Below are positions 23,886 to 36,698 of a DNA stretch of 64,000 bases, in pieces. Origin of the DNA: Basidiobolus meristosporus CBS 931.73 (lineage: Eukaryota; Fungi; Basidiobolomycota); the NCBI GenBank assembly GCA_002104905.1, contig MCFE01000432.1, positions 1-64,000 on the forward strand, read 5' to 3'. The notes beneath the pieces are model-generated. The model worked only from the letters and a program-made list of their open reading frames with translations, searched no databases and had not been told where the DNA came from. Numbering within the stretch: the first letter of the stretch is position 1; each line of letters begins with the position of its first letter. The translations under genes were made by a program, and so were the position numbers.

Positions 23886-25238
23886 ATGCTTGACCAAGAG
23901 ATTCCACAATTGAGTATTTTCTCCTACAACTCGGATCAAATACCAATCCAATCTTCATTTCAGGAACAACCTGACCTATCTGATTTCTTATCTGCCTCAA
24001 TGCTAGAGGCATCTAATATGGCTTCTCTCGCTGATGTGCCCACTCCCGACTTCGAAATCTATCCAGCCACCCCACTTAATGAAACTCCTGGCAACCAGAA
24101 TATCTTGCCTCTATCCGCTGTTAGCAATAGTCACATTCAACAACAAAACCACCTTCAGCCAAGGCCCACCCATAGAGCCAGGAGCTCCAGCATTTCTAGC
24201 CTTTCTAGTGTTGCTTCCAGTGTCTGTAGCTTTGACGACGCTTTGGAGCAGGAAATCGTGTTAGGGAACACGGGTTTGGTGGATGCGGGCATCAACATGA
24301 GCAATTTCAATCTAAATTCGCCACACTCCGCCTGGAGTTCACCAAGTATGGGATCTCCGCAAGATCCTACGTTAATTACCTCTTTCGTTCCTAGCCAGGA
24401 GGAGCTATTGTTACCTCAAAACCAATATCTGAACGCCAACACCTCCTTAAGCAGAAGCTCTAGTCTATCGAGCAATAGTAGCCAGACCAACTACCTTGAC
24501 ACCGCAGCTGGTACAACTGAGGATGATGAGAGGTTCCAACAGCTGCTAGCTTCGCAGCTGTTTGCCTGTCGCCGCGCTAGTATGTGCAACGCTGGCACCC
24601 CAACCTCCTTTATTGATCCAGATTTCTGCACTCAACAAGAATTGTTGAATATTCAGAGCGGCCACGGTCGTAGCTACAGTCTTTCCACCATCGACTTCCA
24701 ATCCTTCGACGAAGGCTCTCCCTGTCAGCAGGGAGATCTATCAGTCCCCGAAACTCAATACCTCGGCGTGAATCTTTCGGAAGAGCTGATTCCTCCCACG
24801 TACGATGGATCGCTTCGACTCTCCCAAGAAGAGCTTGAATTCCTTGCCCTCAACTCCGATCTACAGGCTCTGAATGGCCAAACCCAATGCGAGCAGCACG
24901 GCGAGAACGCCGGTCCGCAACCCAACACATCTAACCGTTCACATACCGAATATGCATGCACGGTGTCCGGATGCTCCAAGACTTTTCGCCGCAAACATAG
25001 CCTCCTATCCCACCAAAGAACCCACTCCGATGATAAGCCTTATCCATGCGAGTATTGTGGTCGGCCATTTGCTCGCAAGCACGATATGCTGCGCCATCGT
25101 AGAATGCACACTGGCCAGAAGCCGTACCAATGTGAATCCTGCGGACTTGGCTTTTACCGCACAGACGCCCGACAGCGCCACTACCAGGCAGAGCCGAAGT
25201 GTTGGGCCGTAGCCATGAAAGGCCAGACAAACGCTTAA
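23886..25238 (+). CDS. C2H2 zinc-finger transcription factor, Crz1-like
   Basis: Three C-terminal C2H2 fingers (CxxxxC..HQRTH; C..C..FARKHDMLRH; HTGQKPYQC..RTDARQRH); Ser-rich acidic N-terminus. Confidence 0.85.
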   Translation: MLDQEIPQLSIFSYNSDQIPIQSSFQEQPDLSDFLSASMLEASNMASLADVPTPDFEIYPATPLNETPGNQNILPLSAVSNSHIQQQNHLQPRPTHRARSSSISSLSSVASSVCSFDDALEQEIVLGNTGLVDAGINMSNFNLNSPHSAWSSPSMGSPQDPTLITSFVPSQEELLLPQNQYLNANTSLSRSSSLSSNSSQTNYLDTAAGTTEDDERFQQLLASQLFACRRASMCNAGTPTSFIDPDFCTQQELLNIQSGHGRSYSLSTIDFQSFDEGSPCQQGDLSVPETQYLGVNLSEELIPPTYDGSLRLSQEELEFLALNSDLQALNGQTQCEQHGENAGPQPNTSNRSHTEYACTVSGCSKTFRRKHSLLSHQRTHSDDKPYPCEYCGRPFARKHDMLRHRRMHTGQKPYQCESCGLGFYRTDARQRHYQAEPKCWAVAMKGQTNA

Positions 25239-28200
25239 GAACACAACCTACAGAATCTAGATGGAACCCAAGCCCATTCTTGTACATGCATTCTTTTTGT
25301 AAAATGCGATTATTTCATGGTGAATTGTAGCCGGTCCCCGACCTGTGATTGCCTAATATTTTGTCTGGATCACCCGCCACCACCCCCATATTCAACGATA
25401 TCTATGTATTTATAAGTCATCCTCCCATATCTACCCTTTTGAACTCCCCTTGTGTATAGATTAGCCAAGATAACATCGTCAAGTAAAAAGGTTTGAATAG
25501 AAATGGGACTTGTTACATCATACTTCCGCAAGCGCTTGGACATGTGAGGGAAATTGAGGAGGTGGGTGATGAATTAGGGACGCCGAAAAAGGAAAGATCG
25601 GGGCGCGTTCCATGTTACGGTTTGCGGATCAGCATCATACCGATTGATGCGCTGCATTTCGAGGCTTCGACAGCTTCGCATGAGACCGCATACAATAGTC
25701 ATCGTTCCGCGGCGTATGCCACCGAAAGATCTTGTTTGTCTCTAGGAGAAAGGTATTTCCTCGGGTAATATCCGAACTACCTGGCCATCCAACTGGGATC
25801 GAATACAGATCATCTGCCTCCCTGGCTTCTGGTACAATGGGCAACAAGGAACAGAACAAATGTTCTATTTTCCGTCACCTGATTATGTCGTGGTGGTCAT
25901 CACTGCCCATATGCATGGCTATTGGCTGGCCAGTAGGATGAGCCTTGGCGATCTCTTGGCGAGTACTACATAAAGATGAGCACACGGTAAGGCAATTGAT
26001 CAAGTAGGTTGGACAATATCGAGGAGGAACCAACCAGGAAGTTACCCAAAATCAGGAATCCTGCTGCAGCTTCCAGAAACCGAAGTCCCACTTAACTGGT
26101 CGAATGAACCGAATTCTTGCTAAAAACGAGATGCATGATGGATGCGGAAGCAATGTACCGGCCCTCAACGTTTATTTGATGGATGTCCGCATCCATCCTT
26201 CTGTTACACGTAGATTTAGGCTTCACAACTCCCAGCCGAACCTCACGACCAGGCCAATAGGGCCTGAGTTCGGGCACTCAAGGTTGAGAACAAAACCAGT
26301 CGAGCAATTAGTATGTGAGCTCCCTCATGATGGAGAACATAGCTCAAGATGCCAAATCCGGAACGATGTGATGCAAAAACGCTAATTCGCAATCATGAGA
26401 GCCCATTGCCTCCTATCTTATCAGCAACGCTTCTGCGGTGGATGTTCTATCCGCAGGCGACACAAAAACATGATCTCTGATCAGTGTGCTCTCCACGACT
26501 TCCTAGATTGGCTATAGATGCATGTTGATTTTCTGGACGAAGGCAGGCCGTGGTGTTGAGGCGAGCAATGTGCCACTTTGGAATCAAAGGCACCGGCAGA
26601 TTTATCCGAAGAATTTGCAGAGTCGAGGGTGAAACCACGTTGGACCAATCAAGTGAATAGCTTAGGCCAGGAAATAAGACACCAATTAGGGGCCTCAAGG
26701 TAGATTGTCAGTCAGACTGATAGGTGGAGAGGGGCTTGGGTGACATGTCCAATTCAGTGAGATTAAGTCATGTGTTTGTGAAGAATGAATGAATATACTT
26801 GTGCAGATTACCTCCGCTACGAGACATGCATGTGGGCACATAGTATTTCCTAATATGATGGAAGCTTGTGTATTGTTTCCTTTTCGAACACAGCTGCAAC
26901 AACACCAGATCATCTCAATCGATGACGAAACTTCGGGTTCTGGTCAAAATACAAGTTACGCCATCTTGTGCTCTGCAATATGGATAAACAGCGGCTTGGG
27001 AAACAACATGGATAAAAATGCCACTTAGGAAACAATATGGATAAACAGCAGCTTAGGAAACAATACAGATGGATAGCGGCTTAGTAAACAATATGACCGG
27101 CAACGATGAGAATGGAAACAATACGGATTGACCCAACCTTTGGACCCCCATGTAACCTTGCACATGCTTGACGAATCTATACAAATCAAGCTACTCGATT
27201 GTTACTTTTCCTGGTAATATCATTGCTAAGACAAATTTAGCTTAATCTTCAGTACCTCCTCACGTTCAGTTCCTAGATGCTGAATCACTAGTCCAAGCGT
27301 ACATCATCATTGATTAGTAACAGTAGCATGCTGATCGGTTGAGGACTCCCCTGGTACTTGTTGGAACTGAGTCCAATGTGTGACAACTGCTACTGAGTAC
27401 AACCTAGGATTCCTACTTTTTTCGCATTAATCTGTTCCGCTTCCATAACATGGTTTTGGAGAATACGATTGATTAAAGACAAATCAACATAAGCTGTAAC
27501 CCATGAGCTAGGGGATTCTGGGCGTAATCTCGGTTTGAAACAACACCCTTGCCGATGGATATATAGCTTCCTAATGCGATTCCATATGTAACCCTCGTTA
27601 GCTTCACGATGGATGTGTACCATAATACCAAAATAAAAAGTCCGTGGGGTTCCTGTGCGATGTTGAAGGCTTTAAGAGAATATGGGCCCTTGAGGGATTC
27701 CATCTCATTTGTATGCATGCTCACATCAATATCATTCAGATTGAGCGTATACATGTGTGGATTGCCGGGAAATTGTAACATCAAGTATGTACCGTATTTG
27801 AGCACTTTCTGAAGCGGGTAATAACAATAAGCTTGAGGCTTCTTTATATAATTAATAAATAATGTCGGCATATTTCGTTAATTTGTGTCGAGGGTGGCAG
27901 ATATTTTTAATGAAAGTGGTGAAGGTATCTTTAGATTCAACTCCAAGAGATCCTGACCATTGCTCACAATATTCCTGTTGCAATTCGCTTGCTTGGCTAC
28001 TACATTATTCAAACACCACAATATGCTGATCTGGTTTTTAGAATATCATGTTCGAACTGAGGGTTTGGTTCATAAACCACAATTTAGACTTTTAAAAAGC
28101 TATCTGATACGTGATGTCATTATTAAAATTGGTTAGCTTGGCACCTAAATTATTCATACAACCCAAGTTTCCACTTAGCTAAATACTGTTGGAAGTTTTT

Positions 28201-28804
28201 AAAGAGTATTGAGAGCGACTTGGTAAACTAGAAGAAATTGCATGATACTCACTTATTGTTCATTGAGTTCAAACAAAGTGCGAATACTTTCTGAAGAACT
28301 TCGTAAAAGTAGTGATCTCATATATCTTAAGAAAGGTCTCAGGAATTAGCGCTGAAAGTTCGGGTCCTTTTGGATGAGCTTTGTATGATATCCACCAATT
28401 CCAAGAATTGGCTAAAATCTTGCGAACTAAGCAAATAGATCACCGTTTAATAATAAGCTAGGCATAGTGTTAAGGAACTTTGGTGTGGGCTAAATACCTA
28501 AAAGAAAAGAATCTTGAATATTACTCAGCAGTATGGTTGTATAATGTATGTTAGTGCAGTGAATTGTGGAATTCCTGGAAATTGCTACAAGCTACAATGA
28601 GAATGATGAATTGATTTTTCCTTTGTTTTATAGTGAGCTAGTATATATACTTTTGGGTGAGCCTAGAAGTGTATTGCAGCAGCTGAGCTGAATGGCTGTA
28701 TAGTAGGATCTCAATCAGTGCATCTGATAACTAAACACTTCATATAATCAAAGTGCCTGCTGTACGCATTATCAAGATTTTGCATATAAATTTTCAGGTT
28801 GGCC

Positions 28805-30266
28805 TGTGAGATACTGGAAGCGATTGGGAGAACAAGTAGGTTATGCAATTTTCACTTCATAATTTATTCAATGTAAAGGTAGTACTTGTTGTAAGAGTCC
28901 TGGAGATATTGGAAGTGATTGGGAGAACAAGTAGATTATGTGGCTTTCACTTAATGATTTATTGAATGTAAAAGTAGTATTTATACTTCTACATGGTTCT
29001 GGCATAACAAGCAGGTAGAATGTGTTTATGACGGCCTCAAGAGCATGTGTGCAAAGTTTGGGGCTGTTTGGACGACTTAACAAATTCTCATGTTCTGGAC
29101 ACCGGATGTTTTGGTGAAAATATTCCAAGTAAATCCCAACAAGGAATTTGGTCTGTATTCACTAAGATTTGTAGGTAATGATCTAAGTGACCCAGTTAGG
29201 TGAATATTTAGGTGGAATTACAAATTTTTACAACAGTTTTTACACTTTGACAAGGTCTTAGCCTAACAGATGTTGTAAGAGCTTTGGAGATATTGGAAGT
29301 GATTGGGAGAACAAGTAGACTCTGTGTTTTTCACTTAACGATTTATTGAATGTAAAAGTAGTATTTATACTTTTACATGGCATTGGCAAACAATAAGCAT
29401 AGAACATATTTGGAAAGGGACTAAGAACATGTGTGCAAAGTTTGGGGCTGTTTTGACAACTTAACAAAATTTTATGCTCTTGGTACCTGATATTGTGGAG
29501 AAAGTACTCAATGTAAATCTCAACAAGGAATTTGGCGAGAATTCCTTAAGATTTGTAAACAATGATCTAAGTGACCAAGTTAGGTGTATATTTAGGTGTA
29601 ATCACGAAATTTACAACAACAGATACATACAACATACTAAAGAATGCTCAAGAAGTATATGTACAAAGCTAGGGGGCTTCTGGACAGCTTCGAGAGTGTT
29701 TGTACTTAGAGTGCTTGATGTTTTGGTGAGAGTATCCAGTTAGTTGGTCTCCACAAAGAAGTTTGGCAGAAGATGTCAAAGCATGTAAGCTATAATCCAA
29801 GTGTCCAAGTTAATTTTGTTTACAACTGAATAATCCTAAAACCACTGCCAAATTCCAAACCAATATGCCTTTATCACATGGCTGAGCTGAGAATGAAAAA
29901 GAGAATACTTAATACAGGCTCTCTCAAGACTGACGGATATGTGGTGAGAATGTTGCAAGACCTCAGGGAGTACCAAAAGTGATTTGGAGAACTAGAAAAA
30001 TCACATGATATTTACTTGTTGTTTGATTGAGCTAAGATAAGGATTTCTATCTTGTTGGGAACTTCAAGGAAGGTCCCAGAAAGCTGTATGCAGAATTTGG
30101 GGTCTTTTGGAGTAGGTAGAAAATATCGATAACTTCTAGGCCTTCACTAATTCGAAGAAATAGTCAATCTCTTACTAACTAAATCTAAAGTAAATAACTC
30201 CGCAATAAGCTAAACAGAATCTTATGTTATATGAATGGGTTGGGTGTAAAATGAATATTCACAACA
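28805..30266 (-). mobile_element. Second nest of copia LTRs: two solo LTRs (28887-29235, 29271-29618) inside an older LTR, plus a decayed copy at ~29951-30266
   Basis: TGTTGTAA…TTACAACA termini, 348-349 bp; perfect 5-bp TSD ACAGA around 29271-29618; the flanks rejoin into one older LTR. Confidence 0.85.
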
Positions 30267-31509
30267 GAAAATACATTTGAAAGAAGGATGTGGGCAACGT
30301 GTGGGGTCTTTAGAACATCAGATCATTATTTCCACATTTCTGAAGAATAAGGAAAAGAGAACTTTTCTAACATTGCCAAGGTGTCGGATCATCACATGAA
30401 CAGTTGGATGCAATACAGATCGTTTTTGATCAAGCCTCTCTGGCACATCATAGTTAAACCAGGGACAAAATCATGGCATGGGGGCAGTATTCGAATAGTG
30501 ATGCACCTAGTCATTCATTAACCTTTGTTTCCGATTCTCCTATACTACTCGCAATACGTTGGTTTTAGGAAGTTTTACACAACAGTGCAGCACAATAGAT
30601 TTCCATCAACTCCACGCATGAACCATGGCCATGGAAACATAAGGCAATGAAGCTCGGAAATTTCGGTTTGTTATACATGTGTACTGTGTGGAAGGCTCCC
30701 CAATAATTATGCTAATATTTACATCCCAACAAATATAAAATTTGGCTACATCGCCAGCAACTATACAAAGTGCACTGCACCCCACCATTATCTCTGTTCT
30801 ACTGAAATAGTTATTATACAGTCACGCGCCACCAATCTATTCTCAAATGTACCTTTGAAGCCAATGCTTTTTTATGCTGCAGACGTTAAGCGGGGGCTTT
30901 GAAATAGGTGAACAACCACAAAGATCATCACCATTGAATGCACTCATATGGATTTGAATGACACCCATTACCCAACTCTTTTAATGAATAACACCAACCG
31001 CGCTCCAAGATCCTCGCAGATCATGAAATCTGCCGTAGTATGGCCCGAATCATTTCGATCGAGGCATGGAAACAAGCAAGTTTCCTACTACGATCCAGCA
31101 TCGACTCCTTTTTCGGGGCACAAATTCAAACCTGGGCTCGTGATCAATTTAGAGAAAGCCATCACCATTGGTGGATGTAGGGGAAGGATGGCCACAGGAT
31201 TGCCACATTTGGTGGCAACGTCCTATTCAATTCCCCACAGTAGATCCCCTTCCCAACTCGCTGCTCCGGAAACCATGGGGATTCAGTACGGTCGGCATGA
31301 ATTTTCGGGAAATGACTAATAATTCGTCTGCTATACGTAAGGCGAATTCGCGGATGACTCATTCCTATTCATGTTGCCTCGACAATGGGATATTTAAGTG
31401 ACCGCCTCACGTACACGTTCACGCTTGAGTGTCGAGCCCGTTTCTTTAGAACCCTTCAAACAAATAACCCTTCCCCCGCCCACCAATCTACCTACCTACT
31501 CTACACGTC

Positions 31510-32755
31510 ATGACCGCAGGAAAAGTCGCTTCCGCCAACATCGACTGGTCCAGCTTGGGCTTCAGCTTTATCCCAACCAACGGCCACATGAAATACACCT
31601 GGAAGGACGGTAAGTGGGACCAGGGCGAATTCGTCACCGAGCCTTGGATCAACATGCATATCGCCTCGAGCGGTTTGAACTATGGTCAGGAGGTAAGTAC
31701 CTTTCGGGACGAAAGAAATTTTCCAACTCGATACTCATCTTCCCGACTGTTTAGTGTTTTGAAGGACTCAAGGCCTGGCAATGTAAAGACGGAAAGGTTA
31801 GCATATTCGCATATCCCCTCGCACCAGAGTCCCCGCTGACCAGCTGTCCCCACAGGTTCGTCTCTTCCGTCCCCAGAATAACGCTGACCGCTTGAGGTAC
31901 TCCGCATCCAAAGCCTGCATGGTGGCTCCTTCACGCGAATTATTCTTGGAAGCCGTAACACGCGTGGTCAAGGAGAACATCGAATACGTCCCACCCTATG
32001 GCTCTGGGGGCTCTTTGTACCTTCGACCATTGCTTGTGGGAAATGGACCTATGCTGAACTTGATCCCATCCAACGAATACACATTCATCGTGTACGCAGT
32101 ACCAGTCGGAAACTTCTACAAAGACGGGATCAAAACCACCAACGCAATTATCATTGACGACTTCGATAGAGGTGAGTGCCATCATGTATTATTTGATTAG
32201 GGTAGCAAGCTAACTCTGGCCGACCATTCAGCCGCCCCTCTCGGCACTGGCTCTGTGAAACTTGGTGGAAACTATGCCCCATGCTTGCCTTCCACCCAAG
32301 CCGCCCACGAAGCTGGATATACAATGGCTCTGTTCCTTGATGCTGCCACACGCACCTATATCGAAGAGTTCTCGTCCTGCAATTTCATAGCGGTGATTAA
32401 CGGGGAGAGCATTGAAGACACCACCATCATCACACCTGATTCCCCCTCCATTCTACCCTCCATCACCACCCAGACCATTCTTGAGCTTGCCGAATCGTTC
32501 GGGTGGAAGGTGATCCGTCGCCCCATTCCTCTTGAGGAAGTGAGATCAGGGAAGTTTGACGAGATTGCTGGATGCGGCACCGCAGTCATCGTCACACCAG
32601 TTCACACGATCCACCATCAAGGCCAAGACATCAAGATCACCTCCAACAAGACACTCGGACCCGCCCTCGAAAAGATCTACTCCACCGTGCGTGCATTGCA
32701 GATGTTGGAAATCGAAGACAAGTTCGATTGGAGCTACCCAGCTGAAGGTTTCTGA
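31510..32755 (+). CDS. Branched-chain amino acid aminotransferase (class IV PLP), three introns
   Basis: IDWSSLGF; GLNYGQE|CFEGLKA; RLFRP; GSLYLRPLL; DFDR|AAPLGTGSVKLGGNYAPC; LFLDAATRTYIEEFSSCNF; GCGTAVIVTPV. Confidence 0.95.
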
Positions 32756-34980
32756 TCCCAACTTCGACCACCCATTCCCATCCCCATCTCCATCTCCACC
32801 ACCACACACCATCTTATTTTCTTTGTAAAATCATCCTTTGCACCACCAATAAATCCACTTCTGGTTACTCGTGATCCGTTCGGTTGCTGTACCGATTCCG
32901 ACCGACCGAAATCAAACAGGAAGTCAAGTGCCACGGAGGCCAATCAAGGCAGATCTGTTTTCATAGATAGACTTGGTCTCCCTAACTTGTTCGATTGGGT
33001 TGAAGATTTGGTCAGCAACCCGCTTCTACTACGGATCTTCACTGTGTCACTAGTTCACGTTCATTTGGTGTGCAAGACCTGTGACAAACGTATATAACTG
33101 GCTCCACTTATCAACGACTCAGCTCCACGTTACATTGATCTTGATGGAGACTTTCATCTGGCACTCAATCTATCTCAAGCCATTCGATCGAATGTGCTAT
33201 CAAATTTACAAATGACCCAGGTACCGCTAATGTCTTGGTAGGGCTGGGGGCCCACCAATGACTTCATCCCCAGTATTCACATCGACAGCGATTTTTTCTG
33301 CTTTGTCTGAGCCACATCTCTTAAACAGTTGGGTTCGCGGGTCATGATCCCCAGCAACGTGCGGAAAGTTTCACGCCATGGATCTTTCTTGTCATCACCT
33401 CTGGTGGACTACTTTCTCACGACTCCGCCTATCCCGGACGATAGATGGTAACAATCAATCGGTCTAAACAGGTCTCCCACGGTTTAAAGGTTGATATTGA
33501 CTCTAGGTTCGACAATGAAAATTTTTGTCCCGGTACGATGCGGGTCACATTCTCGGCATGCAGGTCGCCAGCATGGTGGAGCAAACGCCACGCCCAAAGC
33601 GGAATCCCCCATGACAGGTTCATACTCGTATACTGGAATATACTGCATAATAATTGCGCTGAATAAATAACTACGCATGTAATACCTTCCACTGAGTGAC
33701 CAGGGTTTTTTTTTTTCTGGGCAGAACTTTGGCTTACCTCGTAGATGATGTGGGTCGTATTTGGAAGTGAATGGTTTAGTACTCAAATATTGATCCATGG
33801 ACACTGCATGTAAAGCACCGATGTCTAGACTTCAAGAATTGGTTAGCCAAGTACAACCCTGTAGTACTGATAACTAAAGCATAATTTCGAGTTGGCTAAT
33901 GAGAATGTCCGCCTAACTGCTGAATTCGCAACTGTAATACCAACTCTATTCAGAAACAGGGAGGTAACATAGTTTCGGCCACTATCAGATTTCGAATGTG
34001 GTAATAGGAATACAGGAGGCACATACGATATGGCAGATCCACTATTCAACTGGAAATCTAACTTCGACCCAGTGAGGATTCGAGATATCGATCGCGGTTT
34101 CTCCTCAGCGAAACATGAAATTCTTGATCGATCGGTTAATCGGTTACTGAATCTCCCTCATTGGTGATCAAAGTTACCATACGGCAACATGTGTGAAAGG
34201 TTTTGGAAAAATCACAACTCGTGGGGAAGTTCATGATTCGTGGACATCTGGAAATCAGCACAAAACCGTGTGAAGGATATGGAGCGTGCAACGATCAGAT
34301 CCCAACCACAACACCACCCCTATCTACCTGATGCTTCCCAAACTAGAGCCAGTGAGGCCTCGTCGATACAACCAACATGCAAGCAGGCTGAAGTCATCGC
34401 CTGTGCAAACGTTATCCAATACATCAACACTTCGCTATAAGTGGTGCAAATTCTAATGGAAATAGAAATCCGTCCAAACCAATTAACATTCCATCTTCCA
34501 AATCGAAAAGCCTTCCTCATGACCATATACCATATGGTTTCCTAATCTGAAGTAGTCGTGACTTATTGGTCAATCTACGAAATTCATCATGAGACTCGAT
34601 GGAACCTTCACTCACCAAAGTAATGTTGAGTCAACGCGAATTTCTAAATGTGGATTGTCAGTGGTATATTGGTGCTACTTATTTGGTTACCGTAAGATAA
34701 GGAGTCAGATGACAACTAGCTATCGTGCTATTGTTCAGCAAATGAAGAGCCGCGCTGCTCTCTAAGTGAATTTAAGATAGATCAATATAATTGCTGAGGG
34801 TGAAAAAGGAAATGGCACATACCGAGGTTATCGGGAATTGGTCAGCGAAAGTATAAAATGTCTTGGACCTCTGGATGGAATTAGTATCTTTCAGTTTCAT
34901 TCCCCAACACAGTATTCGGGCCTTTGAAAAAATCCTTTGCGCTTGACCTTCTACCCGATTACTTCACACCGAACTTAATC

Positions 34981-36231
34981 ATGTCAAAATACGACGAAAA
35001 AACCCTCGACTATGAGGCCAACATGGAGAACGAAACCGGAAGAACCAGCTCTTCCTTCGGAGCTTACTTCAACATTGTGTGCGTTATTGCTGGTATGGGT
35101 GTTCTACAGATGGCTTCTGCATTCAGACAAAGCGGGTGGTTTGGTGCTGTTATCACAGTATTCTGCTGCCTCCTCTGTATCTACACCGGTCACCTGCTCG
35201 TAAAATGCCTATATTTCGATGGGAAAACCAGATTGCCGGGCTATTCAGCCATTGGACAAGCGGCCTTTGGCAAATTCGGAAGATACATGGTAGAGGGTTT
35301 CTTGTTCTGTTTCTACTTCGGAGTTGCGTGCATCTTCATCATCTTGATCAGTAAAGATCTGTCAGAGTTGTTCGAACTGGTGAACATTCACCTGAACTTG
35401 AAGATCTGGACCATCATTGCCGCCGTCATTATCTGGATTCCATTTGTGGCCTTCAAGGCCATGAAGGAAGTCGAAATCCTCGCACTGTTCGGTACCCTAG
35501 CCACCGCATTTACTGTTGTGGTGATCGTCGTTGTTGGTATCATGGATCTGCCAAAAAACAAGATGCAAACTCACGAATTCATCCAACCCTCCGGCTTGCC
35601 TATTGCCCTGGCCTCCATCAGCTTGTCATTCGGTGGTAGCCCAGTATTCCCCGCAGTAGAGAAGACCATGAAACGCCCCAAGTCCTGGACCATGGTTCTG
35701 TCCTTTGCCATGGGAACCGCCCTGATTCTGTACATCCTTGCCGGCGTCTTCGGTTACCTCGTTTACGGAAACTCCGTTCAATCACCCATCTTCACCAATT
35801 TGACCAAAAACGGACTTACCGTTGCAGCAATGATTGCCATGACCTTCCACATCATGTTTGCTGCTCCCATCCTGCTGATCAGTTTCTCACTGGAAGTGGA
35901 GAAGTGGTTGAAAATCACCGACAACTACATGACAAAGTCCAAACAGGTTGTCAGCCGAGTTTGCATGAGAACTGCATTGATGGTGGTGTTCTGCTTGATC
36001 TCCATGTTTGTCCCAGCATTCGGAGACTTCATGTCACTTGTCGGAGCCCTCACCAACTGCCAAATCATCTTCGTGTTCCCAGTCGTCTTCTACCTGAAGC
36101 TCTACGGATGGAGAAACATCCGCTGGTACGAGTTGATCCTCTGTGCCATCATCATTGTTGTTGGCATGGTTAGCTGCGTCCTGGGCACCATTGATGCCAT
36201 CAAGAGTTTGAAGGCAACTTTGTCCGGTTAA
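34981..36231 (+). CDS. Amino-acid transporter (Aa_trans, Avt1-like), intronless
   Basis: SSFGAYFNIVCVIAGMGVL; SLSFGGSPVFPAVEKTMKRP; about 11 hydrophobic segments. Confidence 0.93.
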   Translation: MSKYDEKTLDYEANMENETGRTSSSFGAYFNIVCVIAGMGVLQMASAFRQSGWFGAVITVFCCLLCIYTGHLLVKCLYFDGKTRLPGYSAIGQAAFGKFGRYMVEGFLFCFYFGVACIFIILISKDLSELFELVNIHLNLKIWTIIAAVIIWIPFVAFKAMKEVEILALFGTLATAFTVVVIVVVGIMDLPKNKMQTHEFIQPSGLPIALASISLSFGGSPVFPAVEKTMKRPKSWTMVLSFAMGTALILYILAGVFGYLVYGNSVQSPIFTNLTKNGLTVAAMIAMTFHIMFAAPILLISFSLEVEKWLKITDNYMTKSKQVVSRVCMRTALMVVFCLISMFVPAFGDFMSLVGALTNCQIIFVFPVVFYLKLYGWRNIRWYELILCAIIIVVGMVSCVLGTIDAIKSLKATLSG

Positions 36232-36698
36232 ACCGCCATCTCCAAACCCAATCATCACTCGTTACTTTGAAAGCAACACTATCTCACTATCTCATCATGT
36301 TCATAATCCAATATCTAATGTAAATCAACTGACCTCCTATACATAATAATAAACACCCAACATGAAAAGCACTTCTCCATTGAGCCAATCCCGATGTCGA
36401 ATAGCGGTTTCCTTTTTCTCCAAATGAAACAGACCGATCGTGGAAGTGAGTCATCGCGCGCCTTTCCCCATTCCAGAACCAGCACACCAATAAGATAAAG
36501 TGACCATATTTGGAGGGGTAAACAAATCCCATGGGGGTAAATGGAAGTCCCAATTGGAAAATCGACGGACCAGCAACTCGCATGCGTATATGGTATTGAG
36601 TGGAAGGTTTATTGAAATCTTATGTACAAATATGGATTAAAATAGGAATGGATTCTAGAGAATGGCGAAGGGCTGAAATGAAATGAAGTGAATGAATC

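Noticed and set aside
25790-25980. Possible alpha/beta-hydrolase relic (IICLPGFW…SPDYVVVV)
   Set aside because: Short, bounded by stops, no nucleophile motif; could be chance.
28868-29743. Short ORFs resembling the N-termini of the 248/321-aa ORFs
   Set aside because: These are translations of LTR sequence, not protein; true gag starts at the PBS-overlapping ATG.
30420-30520. Tc1-like KSWHGGSI fragment
   Set aside because: No DDE context or terminal inverted repeats visible.
33429-33692. Possible decayed protein kinase (LHHAGDLHAENV)
   Set aside because: One loose motif; no VAIK, DFG or APE found; not supportable without a profile search.
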